Assembly (NCBI GenBank): GCA_016931955.1
Contig: JAFGDV010000029.1
Location: 1 to 49,976, forward strand
Origin: Candidatus Altiarchaeota archaeon
GTDB taxonomy: Archaea; Altiarchaeota; Altiarchaeia; IMC4; QMZM01
Direction: 5' to 3'
DNA: 49,976 nt
The first letter of the stretch is position 1; every line of letters begins with the position of its first letter. A program made the translations under genes and the position numbers. Below, piece by piece: positions 10,257 through 20,055 of this stretch. The notes beneath the pieces are model-generated. The model was not told the origin of the DNA and ran no database searches. It worked only from the letters and a program-made list of their open reading frames with translations.

Positions 10257-10667
10257 TTATTTTATAGGTACGAACAATGATGATCTCGTCGCTCCCACAC
10301 CCGGGGCATTGTGTTTTACCGGCCTCCTCGTCAGGGCGAATTCACCAAGGTACTGCCCGATCATCTCAGGCTTAACCTCCACCCTCGTGAATTCCTTGCC
10401 GTTGTATATCATGAAGTCCAAGCCAACCATCTCTGGTATGATAGGCATATCCCTGCAGTGGGTTCTAATCGGCTTTACGGTTTTGCCTGCTTTTACAGTC
10501 CTCTGAGCCTCCCTGACCTTCATGATCAATATCCTCTGTTGGTCCGTGAAACCCTTTTTGAGAGTCCTCTTCGGTCTCGAAGGCATTATATCCACTAGCT
10601 TATCCATGGACATGACCTTCAACTCTTCAAGGGTGAGGCCCTTGTATTTAAACTCCTTTTTTGCCAT
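10257..10667 (-). CDS. rps19: 30S ribosomal protein S19 (uS19)
   Basis: IRTHCRDM, YNGKEF, LGEFALTR, GVGATRSS. Confidence 0.97.
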   Translation of the reverse strand: MAKKEFKYKGLTLEELKVMSMDKLVDIMPSRPKRTLKKGFTDQQRILIMKVREAQRTVKAGKTVKPIRTHCRDMPIIPEMVGLDFMIYNGKEFTRVEVKPEMIGQYLGEFALTRRPVKHNAPGVGATRSSLFVPIK

Positions 10668-10678
10668 TTTCAGACACC

Positions 10679-11407
10679 CTAACCTCTTTTCTTCCTACCC
10701 GTTCTCTTGGGTGCTATGTGACCGACCTTCGCACCAGGCGGAGTAGTGCGTGCAACCGCTGATCTGCCGTGTGGGTTCCTGCCGCCACCATGAGGATGGT
10801 CACAGGCATTCATCGCGTTTCCTCCGACTTTTGGATAGAGCTTGTTCCTGGCTTTATGGGCATAATACGCCTGACCAGCATGCGCCATAGGCTTCTCCTT
10901 TCGCCCGCCGCCAGAGACCTTACCCACCGTAGCCCTCGAATTGCTGTTTACTGCTACCGTCTTCTTTGAAGGCAATCTCACGTATGTAAGCCCCAGATCC
11001 CTTTCATGGGAGACTATGTAGGCTGATGAACCAGCCGACCTGACGAGCTTACCTCCATCACCTGGGTTTATCTCGAGGTTATAGACGAGGGTTCCTTCGT
11101 TCATCCTCCCAACGGACAGGATGTTTCCATCTTCGATGCTGGCTTTTTCCCCGATCATGATCCACTGACCGACCCTTGCACCTTCTGGAGCTATGCATAT
11201 TAGTTCATCAAAGTTCTCAAGCAGGACCTTCACAATAGGTGCGGTCCTCCCGCGATCGTGGATTATGTCGATTATTTGACCGCCTATCCCCTCCCTGAAT
11301 ACGCCACTGTTTGGAGGGTATCTAACATCTGCTAAGAACCTGTGTGATGGTGACCTGTATCTTGGGCTTCCACGCCCCCTCTTCTGTGTTATAAGTCTCC
11401 CGCACAT
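10679..11407 (-). CDS. rpl2: 50S ribosomal protein L2 (uL2)
   Basis: RGRGSP, GDGGKLVRSAG, MNACDHPHGGG; likely ATG at 11407. Confidence 0.97.
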   Translation of the reverse strand: MCGRLITQKRGRGSPRYRSPSHRFLADVRYPPNSGVFREGIGGQIIDIIHDRGRTAPIVKVLLENFDELICIAPEGARVGQWIMIGEKASIEDGNILSVGRMNEGTLVYNLEINPGDGGKLVRSAGSSAYIVSHERDLGLTYVRLPSKKTVAVNSNSRATVGKVSGGGRKEKPMAHAGQAYYAHKARNKLYPKVGGNAMNACDHPHGGGRNPHGRSAVARTTPPGAKVGHIAPKRTGRKKRG

Positions 11408-11408
11408 T

Positions 11409-11669
11409 TTACAGTACCCCAAAGTGTGAAGCTATCTCCTCTGCCGAATGCTTCGGATCTAATCTTATGTGTGCCTTTTTCAGACCCTTTGATGTCACCA
11501 TTGTGTTCACACCCACAACCTTGACTTTGTATAGGGCCTCAACCGCTTCCTTAACGTCCTTTATCGTAGCATCCCTGCTGACGATAAATGTCAACTTGTT
11601 TTCCTTCTCCCTCAACAGGGTGGCTTTTTCACCCATCAGCGGATACAACAACACCTTGTATTGATCCAT
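11409..11669 (-). CDS. rpl23: 50S ribosomal protein L23 (uL23)
   Basis: EKA..ENKLTFIV, VKVVGVNT, KKAHIRL. Confidence 0.96.
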   Translation of the reverse strand: MDQYKVLLYPLMGEKATLLREKENKLTFIVSRDATIKDVKEAVEALYKVKVVGVNTMVTSKGLKKAHIRLDPKHSAEEIASHFGVL

Positions 11670-12456
11670 CCTCTATCCTGTGTATGTTCTTTATAGCAGA
11701 TTCCGTCCAGAGAGTCAATCTACCTGAATGCGTTCCCGGCGCGAGAAGCTCAACATCCAATTCAGACACCTCAGCCACGTCCACTCCAGGGATGTTATCT
11801 GCCCCCGCCTTGATCCCAGAATCCTTGTTGACCACTATTAACAAGCTCTTCTTCCTCTTATATTTTCTACCCCTCATCTTTCCCCTTCCTGCCCTCAGAT
11901 TCTTTTCCCTCGCCCTCTCAAGGTCCTCTGACAGACCGAGGGACTCAAGAGAACTGAGAACATCCTTGGTCCTCTCCAGCTGCTCGAATTTGTCTTCCAC
12001 GATCAATGGAATACCCACTACGTTATCTATGAGATGCCCTCTCTCTTTCACAAGCGCCCGATCCACTGTCGCAGAGATCGCTGACTTCAACGCAAGCATG
12101 TACTCCCGCCTATTGATCTTCTTGAACCAGTCCTTACCCTTCGGCGGATGAGCCCTTCTCCCGCCCATGGACTGTGGAACCCTCCTAACCCTTCCCAGGC
12201 CGCCCCCGCCTGGCTTCTCCCTCGGCAGCCTTGACATGCCCTTGTTTATCGTCTGCCTGAAGCTCTGCCTCCTGCCCTGATACGATGCGCTTGTCTGCAA
12301 TCCAGCTATGGGATATGTCGCATAGGTTTCCCTCCTCCCGGCTTGGAGTGCAACCACCGCCCTCTGGATGACATCAGGCCTATGTTCTACGCTAAACACT
12401 TCAGGCAATTCAATGCTGCCCTTAACCTTACCATCCAACGAATAGATGTTCGCCAT
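11629..12456 (-). CDS. rpl4: 50S ribosomal protein L4 (uL4)
   Basis: RPDVIQRA, GGRRAHPPK, RAGRGKMRGR, LLAPG..GRLTLWT. Confidence 0.97.
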   Translation of the reverse strand: MANIYSLDGKVKGSIELPEVFSVEHRPDVIQRAVVALQAGRRETYATYPIAGLQTSASYQGRRQSFRQTINKGMSRLPREKPGGGGLGRVRRVPQSMGGRRAHPPKGKDWFKKINRREYMLALKSAISATVDRALVKERGHLIDNVVGIPLIVEDKFEQLERTKDVLSSLESLGLSEDLERAREKNLRAGRGKMRGRKYKRKKSLLIVVNKDSGIKAGADNIPGVDVAEVSELDVELLAPGTHSGRLTLWTESAIKNIHRIEDGSIQGVVVSADG

Positions 12457-12457
12457 A

Positions 12458-13447
12458 TTACACTCCCTGCTTTGATTTCAGGCTTATGTAAGTGATCTCG
12501 AAATCAGTTTCGCCCTGCGGACGCCTCGGCTGGCTTAATCTGATCAATCTCTTAGTTGACCCGGGAACAGAGCCGCTAACAATCAGATAGTTGTTATTCA
12601 CCGGCCCATAGCGCAGGAAGCCTCCCGCAGGTGTTACGTCCTTGCCCTCCCTACCAACCCTTAGAATCGTCTTATTGTACTCGGTACGAACATGATACCC
12701 CATCTGACCCGGCAACGGCTCCCTCCACAGCTTTCTCGCAGGAGTCCACGCGCCACCAGTACCAACATGTCGTCTGCCTTTATCAGCCTTTCGAGGTTGG
12801 ATCTTAACACCATATCTCTTGACAACCCCTTGGAAGCCCTTACCCTTCGTGACGGCTGTAATGTCGACCAGTGTGTTTTCATTGAATGCTTCGTCAACGT
12901 TTACTTCCTTTCCTAGATGGTTTTTCGCGAACTCGAATTTTTCGGCTACTGAGCCGCCCAATGCTATCTCCATGACGTCAGCTATCTTCTTCGGCATTGC
13001 TATGAACTTAGGCTGAGTGCAGACGATCAACTTTATGTCAGACACCGAGTCCAGTTTTTTCTCCAAGTCTGTGAGTTTCTTCTCAGGTTCTCTCTTCTTC
13101 GACAGGGTCAGCCTCTTCTTCACGTCCTCCGGAACATCCTTAGCCCATGCTTCTATGAACGCTTCCTCGCCAAGATAGCCTGTTTTATACGCCCTCAACG
13201 CCACAACAAAGAGCGGCGGAGCCTCTATCACCGTCACAGGAATGAACACCTCCATGCCAGAGGTCGGGCTCTTCTTCCTATTGTCCAGTGCCAGAACATT
13301 CGTCATACCCGCCTTGTAGCCGGCGAAGCCCAGAATGCCTGCATCCGTAGAGCTAACCCAAGACCTTATCCGGGGCGTTTCCTTCTTCGCCCTCTTCCTG
13401 GGCTTATACGCCAACGAACCTGCCCTTGGCTTGTTCCTTTTAGCCAT
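12458..13447 (-). CDS. rpl3: 50S ribosomal protein L3 (uL3)
   Basis: GSLAYKPRKRA, GYKAGMT, TKGKGFQG, GQMGYH.RTEYNK. Confidence 0.98.
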   Translation of the reverse strand: MAKRNKPRAGSLAYKPRKRAKKETPRIRSWVSSTDAGILGFAGYKAGMTNVLALDNRKKSPTSGMEVFIPVTVIEAPPLFVVALRAYKTGYLGEEAFIEAWAKDVPEDVKKRLTLSKKREPEKKLTDLEKKLDSVSDIKLIVCTQPKFIAMPKKIADVMEIALGGSVAEKFEFAKNHLGKEVNVDEAFNENTLVDITAVTKGKGFQGVVKRYGVKIQPRKADKGRRHVGTGGAWTPARKLWREPLPGQMGYHVRTEYNKTILRVGREGKDVTPAGGFLRYGPVNNNYLIVSGSVPGSTKRLIRLSQPRRPQGETDFEITYISLKSKQGV

Positions 13448-13659
13448 TTGAATCTGTATTAAGTGTTGAGTAAATTACTGGGAATGAAGAGGATATAAAT
13501 AGACACCTCTAAGTGTTCCAGCAACAAAAGCCGAGAAACCATCTGCCGCTACCTTGCGGGGATACAACAAATAAACATGGAAATTGATGTTTAAAAATCC
13601 CTTTGCCTTTGTTGAGGATTTATTAATACAAAATCTCATATCTTAAACCTCAATACTGA

Positions 13660-13694
13660 GCCGATGAAAGTTCATCTTTTATGAATTTGGAGGT
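13660..13694 (+). promoter_or_regulatory. Putative kink-turn in the rpl7ae 5' UTR overlapping the Shine-Dalgarno
   Basis: GCC-GAT-GA-AAGTTCAT-loop-ATGAATTT-G-GA-GGT: 3-nt bulge, tandem GA on both strands, closing strand is GGAGGT. Confidence 0.65.
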
Positions 13695-13700
13695 AAGAAA

Positions 13701-14060
13701 ATGGGCTACGTAAAGTTTGAAGTACCGAAAGAAGTTGCTGACATGGCATTAGAGGCTCTTGAAACCGCAAGAGACACAGGAAAGATCAGGAAGGGAACTA
13801 ACGAGGTCACGAAGGCGGTGGAGAGAGGAAACGCAAAGCTTGTTTTAATCGGAAACGACGTTAATCCGCCTGAAATCGTCATGCATCTGCCTATGATATG
13901 CGAGGAGAAAAAGATACCCTACCTCTTTATACCTAAAGCAGATATAGGCGAAGGCATAGGCATCCACGTCCCCTCCGCTTCAGCATGCATCGTCGAAGAA
14001 GGTAAGGCAAAGGAGCTTGTCGCCAACGTCATAGAAAAACTGAAGAAGACAAAAAAGTAA
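13701..14060 (+). CDS. rpl7ae: 50S ribosomal protein L7Ae (eL8)
   Basis: [26 protein letters not shown]. Confidence 0.98.
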   Translation: MGYVKFEVPKEVADMALEALETARDTGKIRKGTNEVTKAVERGNAKLVLIGNDVNPPEIVMHLPMICEEKKIPYLFIPKADIGEGIGIHVPSASACIVEEGKAKELVANVIEKLKKTKK

Positions 14061-14062
14061 AA

Positions 14063-14257
14063 ATGGTTGCCGCGCAAGTTGTTAAGATAATAGGTAGAAC
14101 TGGGATCTACGGCGAAGTAATACAAGTAATGTGCAAGATCCTGGAAGGAGAGAATAAGGGCAGAGTCATCAGGAGGAATGTCAGATCTCCAGTCCAAGAA
14201 AACGACATAATCGATCTGAGGGAGGCTGAGAGAGAGGCTCGACCGCTGACGAAGTAA
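14063..14257 (+). CDS. rps28e: 30S ribosomal protein S28e
   Basis: [20 protein letters not shown]. Confidence 0.96.
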   Translation: MVAAQVVKIIGRTGIYGEVIQVMCKILEGENKGRVIRRNVRSPVQENDIIDLREAEREARPLTK

Positions 14258-14259
14258 AA

Positions 14260-14682
14260 ATGGAATGTAGTTTCTGTGGCAAAGAGATAGAAAAAGGGAC
14301 TGAGAGCATTCTCGTCACAAACAAGGGTAAAGCATTCTACTTCTGCTCAAGCAAATGCGAGAAGAACCTCCTCACACTCCGAAGAAAGCCTCGGAAGATT
14401 AGGTGGACGGCAGAGTACAGGGCGGAGAAGGCTATAAGACTCAAAGCAATAGCCTCTAAGAAAGAAGCCGCTAAGCCAGAGAAGAAGGAGGCGAAAGTAG
14501 CAGAGAAGAGGTCTGAGAAAGTAGAGAAAAAAGAAGCGAAGGAGAAGAAGCCAGCAGAGCCTGAGAAGAAAGCAGAAGTTAAAGAGAAGAAGAAAGAAAA
14601 GAAAACAGAGAAGAAAGAGAAAACGAAGAAGGCGCTGAAGAAGACCTCGGAATCAAAATCTACGAAGGAGGGGAAAAAATGA
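14260..14682 (+). CDS. rpl24e: 50S ribosomal protein L24e with Lys/Glu-rich C-terminal extension
   Basis: CSFCG...FCSSKCEKN, PRKIRWT. Confidence 0.95.
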   Translation: MECSFCGKEIEKGTESILVTNKGKAFYFCSSKCEKNLLTLRRKPRKIRWTAEYRAEKAIRLKAIASKKEAAKPEKKEAKVAEKRSEKVEKKEAKEKKPAEPEKKAEVKEKKKEKKTEKKEKTKKALKKTSESKSTKEGKK

Positions 14683-15110
14683 GGACCTTGATCATCGTGA
14701 AACCCTGGGCTGTATCCCGTGGACTTGTTGGCGAGATACTCGGCAGGTTTGAGAGGAGAGGTATTCGGATCGAGGGATTAAAGGTTGTTAGGGTTGACAG
14801 GGAAACGGCTGAGAGGCTCTATTCTGTGCACAAGGGGAAGAACTTCTATGATAGCCTGATAAACCACATCATGTCTTCACCGATCGTTGCTTGTGTTCTG
14901 AACATACCCATCGAAGACCCTGAAAATGCGATAGCTTTGGTGCGGAAGATCATCGGCGTAACCGATCCAACAAAGGCTGAGATGGGAACCATAAGGGGTG
15001 ACTACGGACTGCGGATTGATAGAAATGTTATACATGCATCGGATTCACCCAGATCAGCGGAATATGAGATACCCATATTCTTTAAAGAGGATGAATTAGT
15101 TGAGTACTAA
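14679..15110 (+). CDS. ndk: Nucleoside diphosphate kinase
   Basis: RTLIIVKP, GTIRGDY, NVIHASDS catalytic His. Confidence 0.96.
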   Translation: MRTLIIVKPWAVSRGLVGEILGRFERRGIRIEGLKVVRVDRETAERLYSVHKGKNFYDSLINHIMSSPIVACVLNIPIEDPENAIALVRKIIGVTDPTKAEMGTIRGDYGLRIDRNVIHASDSPRSAEYEIPIFFKEDELVEY

Positions 15111-15112
15111 AA

Positions 15113-15535
15113 ATGGCGACAGTTTATGAGATACCTACAAAGATTATGATGGAAAAAACCGCCTTCGACCTGAAGGATAAAAACAAAATGCAGATGCCTG
15201 AATGGGCGAAGTTTGTGAAGACCGGAGCCCACAAGGAGAAGGCACCTCAAGACGATAACTGGTGGTGGATTAGAGCGGCCTCAATACTTCGGAAGGTCTA
15301 CATCAATGGCCCAGTTGGCATACAGAGGCTAAGAACGGCTTATGGCGGTAAAAAGAACCGCGGCAGCAAGCCTGAGAGGTTCTACCGAGCCAGCGGAAAA
15401 ATCATCAGAGTCATCCTCCAAGAATTCGATAAGATGGGTTTCACCGAAAAGGTCAAGGAGGGTAGGAAGATCACGCCTAAAGGACAGTCTTATCTAGATA
15501 AGATCGCTACCGACTTAGCTAAAAAATCCAAATAA
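15113..15535 (+). CDS. rps19e: 30S ribosomal protein S19e
   Basis: PEWAKFVKTG, WWIRAASILRK, GRKITPKG. Confidence 0.97.
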   Translation: MATVYEIPTKIMMEKTAFDLKDKNKMQMPEWAKFVKTGAHKEKAPQDDNWWWIRAASILRKVYINGPVGIQRLRTAYGGKKNRGSKPERFYRASGKIIRVILQEFDKMGFTEKVKEGRKITPKGQSYLDKIATDLAKKSK

Positions 15536-15542
15536 ACTGGAA

Positions 15543-15884
15543 ATGCCTGATGAGCTTGAACGTCTTAGACAGGAGAGGCTTAGACAGTTGATAGAACAAC
15601 AGAAGCGGTCTCAGGAGCAAGAATCCATACAGGAGAGTATGCGGGCCGCCGAGATAGAGAAACAAATAAAGCTGATCATAAGCAGGATACTGACCCCTGA
15701 GGCCAGGGAGAGGCTCTCCAATATAAAACTTGTAAAGCCCGCTTTCGCAAGACAGATCGAGATATTTCTAATACAGTTACATCAATCAGGGAGGCTTCCT
15801 CAACAGGTGACAGACGAGCAACTGAAGAATATACTCGAAAAGATAAAGGGACAAAAGAGAGAAATAAACATAAAGAAGGCTTAA
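15543..15884 (+). CDS. DNA-binding protein, PDCD5/TFAR19 family
   Basis: DELERLRQ.R, ILTPEARERL; usual neighbour of S19e. Confidence 0.92.
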   Translation: MPDELERLRQERLRQLIEQQKRSQEQESIQESMRAAEIEKQIKLIISRILTPEARERLSNIKLVKPAFARQIEIFLIQLHQSGRLPQQVTDEQLKNILEKIKGQKREINIKKA

Positions 15885-17110
15885 GTCTTCTCTTTAGGTT
15901 TGCCCATCTCCATAAGGTCCTCAAAGCCTTCCACATTTTCCCCAAAACCAGAACCAGTTTCGCCTTCCTCGAACTCGTAGCCGAAACCGCTTATTGCTCC
16001 CCCTTGTTTGCCCCCACTTTTCTTCGATTTCTTTGACATATTTATAGCTAGGAACAATATGGCAACGGCGAGTAGGGCTACAGCCCATGTGAAATAGCTA
16101 ACCCCCAAGATGGTCTGGCTCTTTAAATCCTCGTTCTCTTTATTTAGGTCGGCTATTGCAGTGTCTTTTTGCTGAATAATCACCTGTAGATCGCTTTTGT
16201 CTTTTGTCAAACCCTGCACTGTTTTATTCAGTTCGTCAACGTCCGTTATAAGCTGCCCCATGACCACCGTCAGGTTTGTTATTCCACTGCTCTCATCTGG
16301 CCTCGACGTTGCGCTTCTAAGCCAATCTACTATGTTGGCTCCAAACCTAAGATTATCGTGTCTGTACTTTACAGTATCCAGTTTATCATTCAACAACATG
16401 TCAGCGTCGCTGAGGAGGAAAACCTGCCCCCGGCCGACTAATGATGCTGCCGCAAGAGGTGGTTGGCTGCCCTTTGGGAAGGTTGGTGACTTAGGCGAAT
16501 AGGTGTCGTAGTCGCCGCTAACAACAACCATCGCATCTCCTGATATCGAGATCCCATTACATTCGAAGAAAGCCAGTTGATTCAATCCCTGCACAACCAA
16601 TCTTACCAGACTATTCTGTCTATCTATCCTCGTCGCAACAAAATTGGTCTTGCTGGTGACTGGACTACCTGTTGAGAAATCCATGACTGGGCTGGTTTCA
16701 TCCTCTAAGGTTCCTCCCTCGTCTATGGTCATACCGAATGGTATCGTTATCTGGTTGGCGGCTGAAGTGCCACCGCATATGAAAAGACCCTTGCCATCCT
16801 GCATCACGAACTCAAAGATGGCGGCTAGCTCGTTTGCATCCAATGGACTGTTCAGGTTAGCTATAACCAAAACGTCAGGATCATAGTTATTCAAGACCTC
16901 CCTAGACAGCGGCTTTTCATATCTCGAAACAGAGTAACCCTTCTTCACAAGCTCCTCCTTGAACTTAGAGTAACCGCCCTCTATCTTGTAGTTCCCGGAG
17001 ACCTTGGTTGTTTCATAAAACAACACCTTGCCTGCCGCTACAACAACCCCAGACGCGGCTATCAACAAAAAAGACACCATGAGTACGAATAAAATCCTTT
17101 TGTGTTCCAT
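15881..17110 (-). CDS. Membrane-anchored exported protein with GldG/IFT52-like (GIFT/DUF4350) domain and coiled coil
   Basis: Signal peptide; VLFYE..GYSKF..L...GY, DVLVI, GRGQVFLLSD..L; heptad segment; C-terminal TM and charged tail. Confidence 0.6.
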   Translation of the reverse strand: MEHKRILFVLMVSFLLIAASGVVVAAGKVLFYETTKVSGNYKIEGGYSKFKEELVKKGYSVSRYEKPLSREVLNNYDPDVLVIANLNSPLDANELAAIFEFVMQDGKGLFICGGTSAANQITIPFGMTIDEGGTLEDETSPVMDFSTGSPVTSKTNFVATRIDRQNSLVRLVVQGLNQLAFFECNGISISGDAMVVVSGDYDTYSPKSPTFPKGSQPPLAAASLVGRGQVFLLSDADMLLNDKLDTVKYRHDNLRFGANIVDWLRSATSRPDESSGITNLTVVMGQLITDVDELNKTVQGLTKDKSDLQVIIQQKDTAIADLNKENEDLKSQTILGVSYFTWAVALLAVAILFLAINMSKKSKKSGGKQGGAISGFGYEFEEGETGSGFGENVEGFEDLMEMGKPKEKT

Positions 17111-17150
17111 TTTCTATCTTATCTATATTCTTCTTTATCCCTTAAATACC

Positions 17151-17549
17151 TTACCCTTCCCTTGATACACTCACAGTCACTGTCCTGTTCCTTGGACCAT
17201 CCAATTCAACAAGGATTACTCTCTGCCATGTTCCCAGGTCAAGACGGCCTTTATTTACTGGAATCGAGAGACTGCTTTGAAGCAGAATGGAACGCAGATG
17301 CGAGTCAGCATTATTATCTATCCTATCGTGTTTGTAGTCCAGGTCAGGTATCAATGCACCTAAGAAGGCCTCTATGTCGGAGACCAGACCGGGCTCGTAT
17401 TCGTTAACAATAAGTGAAGTTGTCGTGTGCTTCGTAAAGATCAGTGCGATGCCTTCTCCTACTCTGTAACCTGCGACGACTTCATCAACCCCGTCGGTTA
17501 TATCAATCAACTCAGTACGCTTGTTACTTTTGACCACTATCTCCCGCAT
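17151..17549 (-). CDS. yjbQ: YjbQ/UPF0047 family protein
   Basis: HTT, NEYEPGL, NADSH, LGTWQ..ELDGPR. Confidence 0.93.
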   Translation of the reverse strand: MREIVVKSNKRTELIDITDGVDEVVAGYRVGEGIALIFTKHTTTSLIVNEYEPGLVSDIEAFLGALIPDLDYKHDRIDNNADSHLRSILLQSSLSIPVNKGRLDLGTWQRVILVELDGPRNRTVTVSVSREG

Positions 17550-18223
17550 CAGAGCACCCCCAGGTCTATGGTCACGTTATCATCCAGCTGGAGGACACCC
17601 ATCCTCCTATTGGAAAGGGAGCCTATGTTCGCTATCCTTGTCTTGCCTATGGTATCACTCGACCCCCCTGATTCGTGGATGTGCGAGCACAACAGAGCGT
17701 CTGGTTGAAACTTTTCTATGACGGCCCTCACAGCCTTGCTGCCGACGTGCTCGCCTGAACTCCTCACATCGCATCTCGTATTATAAGGCGGATTATGGAC
17801 TGCGACCACGACTTTATCATTAGTAACCCCGTCAAGCAGTCCCTCAAGTCTTTCATAGATGACTTCCTCACCCATCTCAAAGGGGCTGTTGAATGGCGTT
17901 GGGGATGATCCCCCAAACCCCAGCAACGTCGTATTATCGAATACGACGCTCTTCCCATGCAGGTTCACACCATACTCCTCAAAGACATCTAATATCGCTG
18001 GTTGGTCGCAGTTTCCTGGAATCGCCAGAACATCAAAATCAACAAACGAATCCAACACAAACCTGACCTCCTCAAGGCTTTTCCCGCTGTCCCTGAATGA
18101 ATGGTAGCTTGGAAAGTCCCCAAGAATCAGTATGTGCTTGAAGGCATTATCGTCTGCGTGTTTTCTCAGCTCAAGCAGCATCTCCCTGTTACCATGAATG
18201 TCGGCGATGCAGAGGATTTTCAT
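17549..18223 (-). CDS. Calcineurin-like metallophosphoesterase
   Basis: DIHG, GD, PGNCD, HNPP, HIHE motifs. Confidence 0.9.
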   Translation of the reverse strand: MKILCIADIHGNREMLLELRKHADDNAFKHILILGDFPSYHSFRDSGKSLEEVRFVLDSFVDFDVLAIPGNCDQPAILDVFEEYGVNLHGKSVVFDNTTLLGFGGSSPTPFNSPFEMGEEVIYERLEGLLDGVTNDKVVVAVHNPPYNTRCDVRSSGEHVGSKAVRAVIEKFQPDALLCSHIHESGGSSDTIGKTRIANIGSLSNRRMGVLQLDDNVTIDLGVL

Positions 18224-18260
18224 TTTAACGTATTTATAAGACTACGTAAAAGAACCTTAT

Positions 18261-19265
18261 ATGAGGTCAAGATTTTTTATCACCCTATCGTTCTTAATGC
18301 TTACAGTCTGTTGCATACAACAACCAGCTGACACGACAACCTCCACCATAGCTACAACGACTACTCAGGTAACGACGACAACTACGATAACAACTTCGAC
18401 AACGACCACGACAACAACAACCACTGAGGCGACGACTACTACAACTACAACCTCCACCAGCTTAACCTCCTCGACACCTACGACTCTGAAGATGACGAAC
18501 AGATGCCGCTCCTGCGAAGAATGCACCGAAAAACTGAATGCTATGAAGTTCCTCACAGTATACCTGGACGAAGACTTGGATGTGGAAACAGGGGAATGCA
18601 TACGCATAGAGGCCTCAGGGATGAGATTCGACTGCAAGGGACACACAATCCAGGGAGACGGCACAGGCACTGGAATAAAGGTCTTAGGCAAATCTGGGAG
18701 AAGCTACACCGGAAACGAGGTCAAGAACTGCGTGGTCAAGAACTTTGATACAGGCATTGAAGTAGACTACCTAAGAGACGCGCTTATAATGAAAAACACA
18801 CTATCTAAGAACACCAGAGGCCTTTACCTGTTCAACTCAGATTCATCGACGATAGAGGAAAACGAGATCACACAGAACATGGACTACGGTATAGACCTAG
18901 TGGACAGCAGAGAAAACGAGATCAACGGCAATGTTATCAGCTCGAACGGCGGGGGCATAAACGTCCAGCAGACATCATCTGGAAACAAGATAAACTCGAA
19001 CACGATACAATCAAACACCTATGGGGTGTACATAAAATCCGCGGATTCGAATGAACTAAACAAGAACGAGATAACATGGAATACATTATATGGCATATAC
19101 CTCTACAACTCCGTAGTAGAGCTGGAAGAAAACACCATCTGCTATAATGGGGGTAACGACATAACAGGAGAATTTTATAACGAAAGCGTCGGCAGGAGAA
19201 ACAAATGCGGAAAAGACAGCGACTGGGAAGACAAGACAACAAGCGGATGCACGTACTCCTGCTAG
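18261..19265 (+). CDS. Putative lipoprotein with Thr-rich linker and NosD/CASH parallel beta-helix
   Basis: Signal ending in Cys, poly-Thr tract, DCKGHTI and repeated N..GI.L..S..N.I..N motifs. Confidence 0.8.
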   Translation: MRSRFFITLSFLMLTVCCIQQPADTTTSTIATTTTQVTTTTTITTSTTTTTTTTTEATTTTTTTSTSLTSSTPTTLKMTNRCRSCEECTEKLNAMKFLTVYLDEDLDVETGECIRIEASGMRFDCKGHTIQGDGTGTGIKVLGKSGRSYTGNEVKNCVVKNFDTGIEVDYLRDALIMKNTLSKNTRGLYLFNSDSSTIEENEITQNMDYGIDLVDSRENEINGNVISSNGGGINVQQTSSGNKINSNTIQSNTYGVYIKSADSNELNKNEITWNTLYGIYLYNSVVELEENTICYNGGNDITGEFYNESVGRRNKCGKDSDWEDKTTSGCTYSC

Positions 19266-19275
19266 TTAGGCTAAG

Positions 19276-20055
19276 ATGCACTCACTGACCTTCCTCGGAA
19301 CAGGCGGCGGAAGATTCGTCCTCTTAAGCCAGAGGAGATATTCTGGTGGAATCTGGCTTGATTTTGGAACAAAGATACTCCTCGACCCAGGACCTGGGGC
19401 ACTGGTCAGAGCCCACCAGTTCAAGAAGAAGCCGCAGGAATTAGACGCCGTCTTGGTTTCGCATAAACACCTCGACCACTACAACGACGCAGAAGTCATG
19501 ATCGAGGCGATGACTTACGGCACAAAAAAGAAGAAGGGGATACTAGCAATAAACAAAAACGCCTTAGAATACATCTCAGAATACCATCAGAAAGCAGTTA
19601 CTGTGATTGTTCCAAAGCCCGGAGAAGTATTTACCGTCGAGAATATTAAGGTGAAGGCACTCCCAACATTCAAGCACGAAGAAGGTATTGGATTCAGGTT
19701 CATCACAGAAGCGGGGGTGTTAACGTATTCATCAGATACAGGCTATTCCGAAAAACTGATATATGGATACAAGGACTCAAAAATCCTTTTACTGAATGTT
19801 ATCTTTCCCCGGACTAAGGCACTGGAAAGCCATCTTAACACAGAGGATGCTGCTAGGATAATAGGGGATGTAAAACCAGAACTGGCTATAATACAGCACT
19901 TCGGCACGGCAATGCTCAACGCAGGCCCGGAGAAGGAAGCCGCATTCATCGAAGAGAAAACAGGGGTCAAGACGATGGCTGCAAGGGATGGGATGACAGT
20001 CGACGTTGAAACACTAAGAACTGAAGAAAGGCAGTTGAGACTAAGTGGCTTCTGA
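19276..20055 (+). CDS. MBL-fold metallo-hydrolase
   Basis: FLGTGGG, DPGPG, SHKHLDH, SDT, QHFG. Confidence 0.9.
   Translation: MHSLTFLGTGGGRFVLLSQRRYSGGIWLDFGTKILLDPGPGALVRAHQFKKKPQELDAVLVSHKHLDHYNDAEVMIEAMTYGTKKKKGILAINKNALEYISEYHQKAVTVIVPKPGEVFTVENIKVKALPTFKHEEGIGFRFITEAGVLTYSSDTGYSEKLIYGYKDSKILLLNVIFPRTKALESHLNTEDAARIIGDVKPELAIIQHFGTAMLNAGPEKEAAFIEEKTGVKTMAARDGMTVDVETLRTEERQLRLSGF

Noticed and set aside
11629-11669. 41-nt overlap of rpl4 and rpl23 as a frameshift or recoding signal
   Set aside because: Both proteins are complete and no slippery site is evident; a short stop-codon extension of L4 explains it
18333-18487. ACN-rich low-complexity tract as a tandem repeat or contingency locus
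   Set aside because: Codons are mixed; it is an ordinary Thr-rich linker of an archaeal surface protein
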